Source: Cyanobacteria bacterium P01_F01_bin.150 (GTDB lineage Bacteria; Cyanobacteriota; Cyanobacteriia; CAKZMO01). From it: a stretch of 64,000 nt of DNA. Position 1 is the stretch's first letter; each line of letters starts with the position of its first letter. The notes beneath the pieces were generated by a model. That model worked only from the letters and a program-made list of their open reading frames with translations, was not told where the DNA came from and did no database searches. A program made the translations under genes and the position numbers. Location: assembly GCA_039189765.1 (NCBI GenBank), contig JBCCYL010000001.1, positions 64,001 to 128,000 on the forward strand, written 5' to 3'. Of this stretch, positions 10,427 through 22,600 are shown piece after piece.

Positions 10427-10698
10427 ATAGGTGAATTTTAGATTTTGGATTTTAGATTTTGGATTTTAGATTTTAGTTAGGGAGTTTTACCTGGTTCCGA
10501 GACTCTGGCTGGGAGTCCAAACGGGAGACTCTGGCTCCCTAGCACCTCTGGCATTGAGACAGAGCTTTTGGTGAATATTTTCAAACGAAGTCTGAGAAAA
10601 AGGGGAGATTTTGTCTTCTGCCCTCACTGGATTGTTGGGTTTCCTATCGTCAACCCAACCTACGCGGCCTTCTTCCTTCTTCCTTCTTCCTTCTTCCT
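10427..10698. repeat. Intergenic repeat cluster (TTTTRGA heptamers, degenerate hairpin pair, REP family 1, CTTCCTT heptamers)
   Basis: (TTTTRGA)n at 10436-10476; GAGACTCTGGCT twice within 10494-10539; REP at 10634-10664; (CTTCCTT)n at about 10669-10700. Confidence 0.85.
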
Positions 10699-13600
10699 TC
10701 ATTCCCTTCCTCCCGATCGCTTTTGACGACGCTGCTTAAGGCGATCGCGTCCCGCTACCATTTTCTCAACCCGACGGTCCACCTGTTCCTCCAAAGTAGG
10801 TCCATCTTCCCGACTTAAATAATTCGCTAAATCACTAATGGTCGGATATTGGAACAAATCCACCAGAGTTAAACTCGCCCCAAAGTCTTCCTGCTTTAAT
10901 TGATTATGAACGTTAACCACCAGCAGGGAATGCCCACCCAAATCAAAGAAATTATCGTGAATCCCCACAGTCTCCACCTTAAGCACCGTCTGCCAAACCT
11001 GGGCGATCGCCTGTTCAATAGACGTTTTCGGCGCAACATAAGCGGTAGAGACAGCCAATCCACCATCAGGAGCCGGAAGCCGCTTGCGATCGACTTTGCC
11101 GTTAGGTGTTAAAGGCAGCGCATCCAGAACCATATAGCGACTGGGCACTAGATGCTGGGGCAGTTTATCGGTAAGGAACTGCCGTAAGGAATTTTGGATT
11201 TTGGATTTTGGATTTTTGTTGGGGAGTTGGGGAGTTGGGGAGTCAAGGAGTTGGGGAGTTGGTGCACTCCAGTTCCCCTCTTGGGAGGGGCTAGGGGTGG
11301 GTCCTCCAGATTTTGGAGCTTGATGGTCATCTGCTTTGAGGATAACGTACGCTACTAGAATTGAATTTGCCTCTTGAGAGTAAACCGTGACGATCGTCTG
11401 CTGAACATCAGGATGTTGGCTCAAAGCAGCTTCGATTTCGCCTAGCTCAATTCGGAAGCCCCGCAGCTTGACTTGGAAGTCTAAACGACCTAGATATTCC
11501 AGAGTTCCGTCTTCCTGATATCGAACGCGATCGCCCGTTTTGTAAAGCTTAGGGACACTAGCGCTAAGATCCCAGGGTTCTCTATAATCCCCTTTGCTAC
11601 TATCTAATGTTTGGATAGAACCCCGGGATCTGGGGACGAGATGCTCAACAAATCGTTCGCTTGTCAAATCTGGCCGATTCAAATACCCGAGTGCGACTCC
11701 TTCCCCGCCAATATAGAGTTCCCCTGGAATACCCACCGGGACAGGCCGTAGTTGAGTATCCAGAACATAGAAGGTCGTATTGGCGATCGCCTGCCCAATA
11801 GACATCACTCCGGTCTTATCTACTACATCGTCCCGCTCAATCTTGTGAGCAGCAGACCAAATAGTGGTCTCAGTGGGACCATATAAATTCCATAGTTCCT
11901 GGCCATAATCCAGTAGTTGCCGCGCTAACTCACTATCAAGGGCTTCTCCACCCGATAAAATTCGCAGGTCTGATTTACCTTGCCATCCACTTGCCAGCAA
12001 CAATCGCCAGGTCATAGGCGTTGCTTGCATTACCGTAACCTGATGTTGGTCCAACGCCTCGGCTAGCTGTGCCCCATTTCGGGTCATATCACGGGGAGCG
12101 ATCGCCACAGTTCCACCTACCATTAGCGGTAAAAATAGCTCCAGGGCCGCAATATCGAACGACAGAGTCGTTACCGCTAACAGTGTATCCCGTTCGCTTA
12201 GCTGGAGTTTATCCTGCATCGCGTGCAGGAAGTTTGCCAAGGAACGATGAGAAATTTGCACGCCTTTGGGATTGCCTGTGGAGCCGGAAGTGTAGATGGT
12301 GTAGGCGATTTCTGATTTTGGATTTTGGATTTTGGATTTTGGAGAAGGCGTGATTGGGTGATGGGAAATGGTGTCTTGGTCGGTGTCGAGAGTAATTGAA
12401 TTTTGAATTGTGAGTTTTGAATTTTGAATTTGGGTTGTTGACTGCTGAATAATTGTTCTAATGCCAGCATCTTCAACCATGTAGCGGATGCGATCGCCCG
12501 GATAGGTCGGGTCAATGGGTAAGTAAGCGGCTCCCGCTTTATGAATTGCAAGGAGAGCAATTACCATCTCAGCAGATCGCTCCACACAAACACCTACTAG
12601 CTCTCCAGGCTGAATATCCAAGGACTGAAGATAATGGGCTAACTGATTAGCCCGCTGGTCAACTTCTCTGTAGGTTAGGGATTGGGATTGACTGGATAAG
12701 GGATTGATGGTGGTGAGGGCGATCGCCTCTGGAGCCTTATTGACTTGTGCTTCAAATCGCTGGTTAACATAAGCCGTAGGCGATAGGTCAACATCAAGCT
12801 GAGTCTGATTCCAGTCCTCCAAAAGCTGACGCTCTACAGCAGTTAATAACTCGATATCATGAATCGAGACTTCCGTATCAGTCGCACTTTCTGCGAAGCT
12901 TTCCAAGATTGTCTGTAAATGGCCCAACAAACGAGCAATAAACGGCGGAGTCGTTTCACTATCATCATGACCAAACCAGCTCGGATCAAACAAAGCATTT
13001 AAAGTTAGCTGTGCCTCAGCAACGACATAGAGAGACAAAGGCAGGTTTGTTTGTTCGCTAATTTGAACATTCTCAACCGTTAACGTAGAGCGATTGTCCT
13101 TTAGAGTCGCTTCAACTGGATAGTTCTCAAATACCACCACGCTCTCAAACAGCGGCGTGCCGCGAGGCACCTCACTCCATCGCTGAATATCAATTAGAGA
13201 ACTAAATTCATACTGCTGTAGCTCTATGTGCTGAGCCTGAAGCGCTTGCAGCCAGGAAATCACATCCTGATGTTCATTCACCGCCACTCGCAATGGCAGT
13301 GTATTCATCATTAGTCCCACCATCGACTCACTGCCCGCCAATTCAGGTGATCGACCGGAACTGGTTGCCCCAAAGACAACATCGGTTTCTCCACTGTAGC
13401 GGCTAAGCAGTAGCGCAAATGCCCCTTGAACCACAGTGTTTAGGGTCAGTTGCTGCTGCTGACATAAATCTCGAAGCTGCTGAGTCAGGGTTTCACTTAA
13501 GCAAAGCTGCTGACTTTGATTGGCGATCGGCACTCGCCCTTGTTTTGCTTTCGCTCCCGACGCCTCAAATCGAAACGCTGTAGGCGCAGTAAATCCAGCC

Positions 13601-16600
13601 AAATACTCCCGCCAAAACTCTTCAGCCCGACACTGATCTTGCCGCATCAGCCAAGAAATGTAGGCAGCGTAGGGATTTTGGATTTTAGATTTTAGATTTT
13701 GGAAAGCCAGTTGAGGAGTTGAGGAGTTAGGGAGTTGGAGAGTTCCATCTTCTGCCTTCTGCCTTCTGCCTTCTGCCTTTTCCTGATATGCCGTTAGCAC
13801 TTCTTTTAAGACAAGCGGCATTGACCAGCCATCCAATAGAAGGTGGTGATAGGTCCAGATGATGTGATGGTGCTTAGGAGACTGTTGAATTACGACTAGG
13901 CGCATCAGTGGAGGCTGGATAAGGGGGAAATCGCGCGATCGCTCCTCCTTCTCTAAATCAACTAACCGCTGCTGTTGCTCTGCGACAGACATCGCACTCC
14001 AATCCAACGCCTGAACTGGAATCCTCGCATCTTTAGCAACGACCTGTAACGGCTGTTCTAAACCATCCCATACAAAAACAGTTCGAAAACTGTTGTAGCA
14101 ATGCACCGTCTGCTGCCATGCCTGCTCAAACGCAGCACTATCGAAAGTATCTTGATCGGATGCACTGTAAATATCGAAGGCAACCTGAATAGCATACATC
14201 CCAGCCTGGGGTGTAAACAGGCTGTGGAATAGCATGCCCTGCTGCATGGGGGATAACGGATAGATATTAGCGACTTGCTTAAGGTTCAAACGAGTAAGCA
14301 TAGTATCTAACGTAGGTTGCGTTAATGGCGCTAGGGGAAAGTCCGAAGGGGTGTGTCCGCCTGCATCTGGAGAACAGCAGTGTTCGATTAGATCCACCAG
14401 CGCTACCTTGAAGGTTTCAGTCAGAGATTCAATGGCTTCAGTCGAAATTTGTTGAGGGTTATAGGTCCAGGAGAGAGTGAGTTGGGGAGTTGAGGCGTTG
14501 GGGAGTTGAGGCGTTGAGGAGTTGAGGCGTTGGGGAGTTGACGTAATTGATCCTACAATTTCTAGGGCGTAGGGTCTTGGTGCATCACTACTGATGGCTT
14601 GACCACTGGATTCGAGGGCGCGACTCAATAGTTTGGATTCACCTGCGATCGTTAGCTGACCTAAATAGTTAAAGCTTATATCTGCGGGATTGAGATCCCA
14701 GGGTTCTTCAAGAACCCTGGGATCTGAGGCATCGGTAGCTTGCTTCTGCTGGCGAATCTGCTCTTTGATTGACTTGAGAGCATCGACTATTTTGCTAGAA
14801 ATAGAAGTATTCGATTGGTGGGCAGTGCCTACCCTACAGTGGTATGTATTGAGAATTAATGGGGTGATTGTTGTAAACCATCCGACCGTGCGAGATACAT
14901 CTACCTCACTTTCACGGCCATAGCCTTCCAAGGCTACTTTGAAATCAGGTACGTCAAGTGATTCGGCAATCGCCCCTGCCAACGCCGTCAATAACACATC
15001 ATCCATACCCGTGCCGTAAGCCAAAGGCACGTCCGTCAGCAGTGCCTGAGTCTGCTCAGCGCTTAGGGCAACAGATGCCTGTTGTGCAGTTCCCACCGTT
15101 CCATTATCAGCGCTATCCCACAGGCTTTGAATTTCCTTCGTTTCTGATTTGGCAACGACTTGGTCCTTATCAACCTGAACGTCAACACGACTAATCTGAC
15201 CCTGTAAAGACGTTGCCCATGCCTGAATCGAAGTCGTTTTGGGCGGTAATTGAACAGGTTGACCTAAGCAAAGCTGTTGGTAAACTGTCTGCAAATCCTC
15301 TAGCAAAATGCGCCAGGAGACTCCATCAATAACCAAATGATGAACTACTATTAGAAGCCGATGGGATGCCTGATTATCATCTTGATCAGAATCACCTCGA
15401 TCAAACCAAACAACCCGCAAAAGCTCACCCGTGCTGAGCTTTAAGCTTTGATGAACGTTATCAACCGTTGCAGAAAGCAGTGCCTGCCACTGGTCTTCAG
15501 GCATACCCGCTGCATCGATCGCCTTCAGCGATACATTTACTTGCTCTGGAGATAGCAATTCGTGTTGCCATACGCCGTCTTCAGCAGACTGGATAAAACG
15601 CGATCGCAAATTATCGTGATGAGTTAGAAGGTGGGCGATCGCCTCCTCTAGTTTCACTACATTAAGATGTTCTTTAACGGCCAACAATACCGCCTGATTA
15701 AAGTGATTGGGTTGGGGATGCTGTTGAGCAAAGAACCAGTTTTGAATTGGGGTAAGCGGTACAAGTCCGGTCACGATTCCTTGGTCGGCGATCGTTACGG
15801 AATCATTAGAAGGAGGAATAGTGGCAAACGCCGTCAGCTCAGCAATGGTTTGATACTGAAAAATCTGTTTGGGCTTTAGCGATAGCCCAGCCTGATGGGC
15901 ACGACTAACAATCTGAATGGCCAGAATCGAATCCCCGCCCAACGCAAAGAAATTATCGTCAATACCAATATCAGACTGGTGCAGCACCTCCTGCCAGATT
16001 TTCACCAACTGGACTTCTGCATCAGTTTGGGGCTGAGCTTTAGTTTCTCCTGCACGCTGGTCCCCGCCATCTGACCAGTCCACCACAGGTAACGCCCGTC
16101 GATCTACTTTTCCATTTCCAGTCAGCGGCAGATATTCCAGCCACACCACCCGTGCAGGCACCAAATAATCCGGCACCCGTTCACCTAAAAACGCTCGTAT
16201 TTCTGGGGTGAGAAGATCCCAGGGTTCTTTAAGAACCCTGGGATCTGGGCGCTCTGAGCTATCACCAACAACATAGGCGACTAGACGATCCACTCCATAA
16301 TCATCCGTCTGCATGATCACTACTGCATCTCGAATCATGCCATGCTGACACAACAGCGCCTCCACCTCACCCAGCTCCACCCGGAACCCACGAATCTTAA
16401 CCTGTCGATCCAGCCGTCCCAAATACTCGATCGCCCCATCAGGACAGAAACGAACGCGATCGCCCGTCTTGTAGAGAGTTAGGGAATTTGCGCCCAGATC
16501 CCGGGGTTCTTCTAGTAACTTTTGCCCATTACCAGAGACTAGGGTAGAACCCCGGGATCTTTTGAGAGCTTCTGCCTTCTGCCTTCTGCCTTCTGCCTTT

Positions 16601-19600
16601 AAGAATGGATTTGGAATAAACCGATCGCCTGTCAACCCTGGACGATTTAAATACCCCCGTGCCAGTCCGTCTCCCGCAATATAGAGTTCTCCTGGTAAAC
16701 CAGCGGGAACAGGCTGGAGGTACTCGTCCAGAATATACACTTGGGTATTGGAGATTGGCTGACCAATAGGTGGGGACGGATTGCAATCCTCTAAAGCGAT
16801 CGCATGACAGCACGTAAAGGTTGTGCCTTCTGTAGGACCATAGCCATTGATCACTCGGCAGTTGGGATAGGTCTTGAGCAGTTTCTCAAGGTGAGGACCA
16901 GAGAGAACGTCGCCTCCTGCTAGGACTTGTTGAACTGAAGCAAAATTGGCGATCGCCTCATCCACCATCACATGAAATAGCCCTGCGGTAAGCCACACTG
17001 TCGTCACGTTGTAACGAGTAATCACCTCACCAAAGTCCTGAAGCGATGGCTGTGCCTGGGGCATCATAACCACTTGACCACCGTTTAGAAATGCCCCCCA
17101 AAGCTCAAACGTAGATGCATCAAAGGCCAGCGGCGCTGCCTGTAAAATGACTTGTCGATTATCCAGCTTTACATAGTTTGTATTTTTGACCAGCCGCACC
17201 ACTGCCCGATGAGTAACGCAAACCCCCTTAGGAGTGCCAGTGGAACCCGAGGTGTACATCACATAAGCCAAATTGTCAGGCGTAGTCGTCCTGAACGGAG
17301 GGGTGATGGGGTAATGGGAAATTTCGTTTTGGACAGCGTTGAGATTTAGATGAACAAGTTTTGAATTTTGTTCGCTTAGCGTCTCTGTAGGAGAAATTTT
17401 GAGTTTTGAATTTTGATTGGCGCTAATGATCAAAGAAAGGCGAGCGTCTTCTACCATTAAATGAAGCCGTTCAAACGGATAGTCTGGCTCTAGAGGAACG
17501 TAAGCGCCTCCGGCTTTAAGAATGGCTAAAATGGCAATGATCGTTTGGGGCGATCGCTCAGCCCAAACGCCTACTAAAACATCTGGGCCAACTCCCTGAT
17601 ATTGAAAATAGTGCGCTAATTGATTCGCCTGTTTATTAAGTTCTTCATATGTCCATTGATCTGCACCAGACTCTGATGGAAACGTTAGCGCAATGTCATC
17701 ACACTGTTGGTTAGCCTGAGCGTCGAACAGTTCATAAATACAAGCAGTGCGAGGATAATCGGTTGCCGTTTGAGTGCCCCAATCCATAACCATCTGCTGT
17801 TGGTCAGAGGGTAACCACAATAGATCTGAAATAGGACGTTCTAATCCCGATGGCATAGTATCTAATAGCGTTTGAAAGCATGCCACCATCTGCTTAACCG
17901 TGGCAACATCAAACAAGTCCAGGCTGTATTCCCATGTTCCCTCCAGCCCTTCATCCGTCTCGGTCATGACCACCGTTAGATCGAACTTAGCCGTGCCGCT
18001 GTGCTGTTCCATCGGAGTCCACTGGAGATCCTGCTGCTGAGCCATCGACACACGGTTTTCCAAGGAGAACATCACTTGAAAAAGAGGGGTGTAGGCCAGC
18101 GATCGCTCCACATCTAAAGCATCCAATACCTGCTCAAATGGCAAGTCCTGGTAGGCATAGCCGTCCAGAGTAATATCTCGCACCTGCCCCAGAAGATCTG
18201 CCAGGGTAGGATTGCCCGATAGATCCGTACGCAGAGCCAGGGTATTTACAAAAAAGCCGATTAGGGGTTCCACCTCTGCGCGATGGCGGTTTGCAATGGG
18301 AGTCCCCACCACAATATCCGCGTTGCCGCTGTAGCGATGCAAAAATAGATTAAATGCGGCAAATACCGTCATAAACAGTGTGCAGCCTGCCTGCTGACTC
18401 AAAGCTTTCAGGGCTTGAGTTTGAGAATCTGAAAGCTGGAATGAATAGATATCACCGTGTTCACTGCGAACGGCAGGACGAGGATAGGTTGTAGGTAAAT
18501 CTAACGTGGGAGCCTGGTCGAGGTGCGATCGCCAATAGTCAAGCTGCTGCTCTAACGCATCGTTCTCGCTATCGTCCTCATTTTGAGTCGCCTTATCCTG
18601 ATTATCGCTACCCTGACTATCACCATCAAGCCACTGCCGCTGCCATCGGGCAAAATCTCCGTACTGAATCGGCAGCTCCGATAATACCGCTTCTAAATTT
18701 GTATCCTCAGCATTAGCCAGTTGTGCCCTATAAAATGCCGTTAGCTCATGCACCAACACACCCATCGACCAGCCATCAGCAATAATATGGTGCAGAGTTA
18801 ACAGTAAAACCTGCTCAGACTCTGATAGATAAGCTACCTTAACGCGGAATAAAGGAGGCGTAGTCAGATCAAATGGCTGATTGGCTTCCTCACGGGCGAT
18901 CGCTAACAGCCGCTCTTCAATCGACTCTTCTAAACTTTCCTGCAAATCGGTCTGAGAAGAGACGCTCAAATCCACAGTGGCGATATCGATAGCAAGATCC
19001 GGCAGCACTAGTTGGATGGGCTGATTAGTATTTGGATCAATGTCGAAACGCGATCGCAACACCTGATGGCGCATCACCACTTGTTCCAGACTTTTTTGCA
19101 GCAGCGTTAGATCCAAGTCTCCCGTAATTTTGACCGCCAGCGGGATATTGTAGGTCGCTGATTCAGGTTCTAATTGCCATAGCATCCACTGCCGTTGCTG
19201 AGCAAAAGACAACGGCTGCGGAGTCAACGGTTCAAGTCGCTCAGGAGTAATATTCTGAAGTGATGCTGGATCAACTTCCGAGCGGATCAACTCATCGATC
19301 ACGTTAGCTAATGTCCCAAAAGTCGGCTGTTCAAACACCTGCCGTAAGGGCAACTCAACTTGAAACGCCTGTCGCACCTGGGATGCAAATCGAGTTGCAG
19401 ATAGAGAATGTCCCCCCAAGTCAAAGAAGTTATCCTGGGGTCCTATGCCTTCTGTTGTTTGGTTTAGGGCGATCGCCGCCAATGCAATCACCACTTCCTG
19501 AGTCGGCGTTTTTGTCCCCGTATTTTTCTCCGCTACACTCGCAGGAGTTGGAACAGGAAGCGCCCGTCTATTCACCTTGCCATTAGGAGTCAAAGGCAGT

Positions 19601-22600
19601 GCATCCAAGTGCATAAATATGCTGGGAATCATATACGCTGGCAAAGATTCTGCCAGAAACTCACGCAACTCTGTGGGTTTTAGATTTTGGACTTTAGATT
19701 TTGGAGTTTTGGGAGAGGATCGGGGAGTTGGGGAGTTAGAGAGTTGGGGAGTTGAGGAGTTAGAGAGTTGTGGAGTTGAGGAGTTAGAGAGTTGAAGCGA
19801 TTCTGCTTCTGCCTTCTGCCTTCTGCCTTCTGCCTTAAATTCTGCCTTCTGCCTTCTGCCTTCTGCCTTAAATTCTGCCTTTACTTCTCCTTCTGGTACA
19901 AAATACGCCACCAGCATCGGATCGGTATCCTGCGATTGCACGACCACCACCGCTTGCTGCACTTGGGGATGATGGCTGAGAGCTACCTCAATTTCACCCA
20001 GCTCAATTCGAAATCCTCGCAGCTTTATTTGAAAATCGAGCCGTTCGAGGTATTCTAGGGTGCCATCTGGACGATAACGAACGCGATCGCCCGTTTTGTA
20101 AAATCTGGAGATACTAGCGTCAAGAGAACGGGATTCCGCGATCAGATCCCGGGGTTCTTTATAATCATCTTTGCTACGAGCTAATGTTTGGATAGAACCC
20201 CGGGATCTCTGCCCCCCGGGATCCAATACAAAGCGATCGACCGTCAGCTCCGGTCGATTCAAGTACCCGATCGCCACTCCCGCACCGCCGATATATAGCT
20301 CTCCAGGAACTCCCACTGGAACAGGCTGTTGATACTGATTAAGGACTTTTATATCCGTGTTAGCGATCGCTCTCCCAATCGGCACCGCCGTTCCTTCCAC
20401 ATCCGCTGCCGTAACTTGGTGACATAGCGACCAAACAGTAGTTTCCGTGGGTCCATACATATTCCAGAGCGATTGACTCTTACCCAATAGTTCCGCAGCC
20501 AAGGGTGTATCCAAGGCTTCACCACCGCACAGTATTCGCAGGTTTGATTTTCCGTTCCAGGCGTTTGCCAACAGCAGTCGCCAAGTGGCTGGGGTTGCCT
20601 GCATTACGGTGATGTCATGGTCATTTAGCAATGTTTTGAGGCGATTGCCATCCCGCACATCATTCTGGGAGGCAATTACTATCTGACCACCGCATACTAG
20701 CGGTAAGAAAAGCTCTAATCCTGCAATATCAAAGGAAGGAGTTGTTACCGCAAGAAGGCGATCGCCCGCATCAAATCCCGGTACCTCTGCCATTGATTGT
20801 AGAAAATTAATCAGAGCATGGTGGGGAATTTGCACTCCTTTTGGTTTGCCTGTTGAACCGGAGGTGTAGATGGTGTAGGCGATTTTGGATTTTGGAGGGG
20901 GAGTTGGGGAGTTGGAGAGTTGGAGAGTTAGAGAGTTAGAGAGTTGGGGAGTGGATGTCGGATAACGGCGAATTACATCTGTATCAATATTAATACATTG
21001 CAACGCACCCTTAAACTCCTGAACTCCTAAACCCCCAAACTCCTGAACCCTTGAACTCTTAAACTCCTGAACAAGGGTTTTGATACCCGCATCCTCGATC
21101 ACATAGTTAATTCGATCTTGAGGGTAGGTTGGATCGATGGGAACGTAAGCAGCTCCAGCTTTATGAACCGCCAATAGGGCAATAAGCATATGGGAGGAAC
21201 GTTCCAAACATACACCCACTAGCTCATTAAGCTGCACGTCCACAGATAATAGATGATGAGCAAGTTGATTGGCCTGCTGATTTAGTTCCTGATAGGTTAG
21301 CGATTGGCTATCAAACACGATCGCAACTGCATCCGGCGTTTCCTCCGCCCATTTCTCCACCCACTCATGCACCAGACGCATATACTGAGCATCTTCCGTC
21401 GCATTTTGAAAAAACTGGGCACTGTCCACCATTGCCCATTCCTGCTGCTGCCGTTGCTCTGTATCCGTCAGCAACGAGATATTTGCCAGGGTGTGGGAGG
21501 ATTGATCACTCGTCAATGCCTCAGCAAATCCAGTCAGAATGGTCTGAAGATGGCCCCAAAGCAGAGAAATAGGGAATCCGGAATCATTATTTTCACTAAA
21601 CCATTGCCCATCATAGGTTATGCGAAACGATAAACTCTCTCCTGGAATAATGGAAAGAGTAAGCGGATAGTTTGTTCGCTCAAATCCTTTTAAATCCCTA
21701 ATGGCTAGCTGACTATCCCACCCTTTCAGCACAGTCTCAATGGACATGGGATAGTTTTCAAAGACGATTAGACTATCAAATAGAGACACACCTCGGAGTA
21801 CATCACTACAGGCTTGAATATCCACCAAAGAACTGTAGGAATATTGCTCCCGTTCCCGCTGTTCAATTTGCAGCGTTTGCAGCCAGGGCACCAGTTCCGC
21901 CTCTGGAGATAGATTTACCCGTACGGGCAGTGTGTTGATAAATAGGCCAATAATTGATTCCACTTGGGGTAACGTGGGCGGACGCCCCGATACCGTTGCC
22001 CCAAATACCACCTGATTGTCACCGCTGTAGTGACTCATCAACAAACTCCATGCCCCTTGCACAAGAGTATTTAGGGTCAAGTGGTGGTGCTTGCATCCCT
22101 CCTGTAGCGTTTGGGTAATGGATGGTGAAAGACTGGCGTGATATTCAAAGTAATCTACCCCCCTTCGTCCCCCCTTGGTATTGGCGGAGCCTGTTCGTAG
22201 AACGTAGGGGGAGACTGGGGGACGGAACTGAGTTGGAGCAATAATCCCATTAAGCTGCTGTTGCCAAAAGGTTTGGGCCTGATCAACATTCTGCTGCTGG
22301 AGCCAAAGAATATAGTTTCGATAATCAGGAGAGGGAGTTAACGTAACCTGTCGTCCTTGCAAAAGGCCATCATAAACCGCCATCACGTCTCGTAAAAGCT
22401 GGGCGTTACACCATCCATCCATTAGGGCATGATGATGACTCCAAACAAATATAAAGTCTTCTTCTGCTAGTTGAATTAGCGTACAGCGCATCAGGGGCGC
22501 TTGGTCTAGGACAAATCCTTGGGCGCGATCGCCTTCCAAGTAATTTTCTAGCCTTGTCTCTAAATTTGCCTCTACTTTTGCTATTAAATCCTTATTTGAC

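Noticed and set aside
10487..10702. 71-aa ORF between the NRPS and PKS genes
   Set aside because: It is built largely from a heptamer array, a REP and a degenerate hairpin repeat, so it is most likely non-coding.
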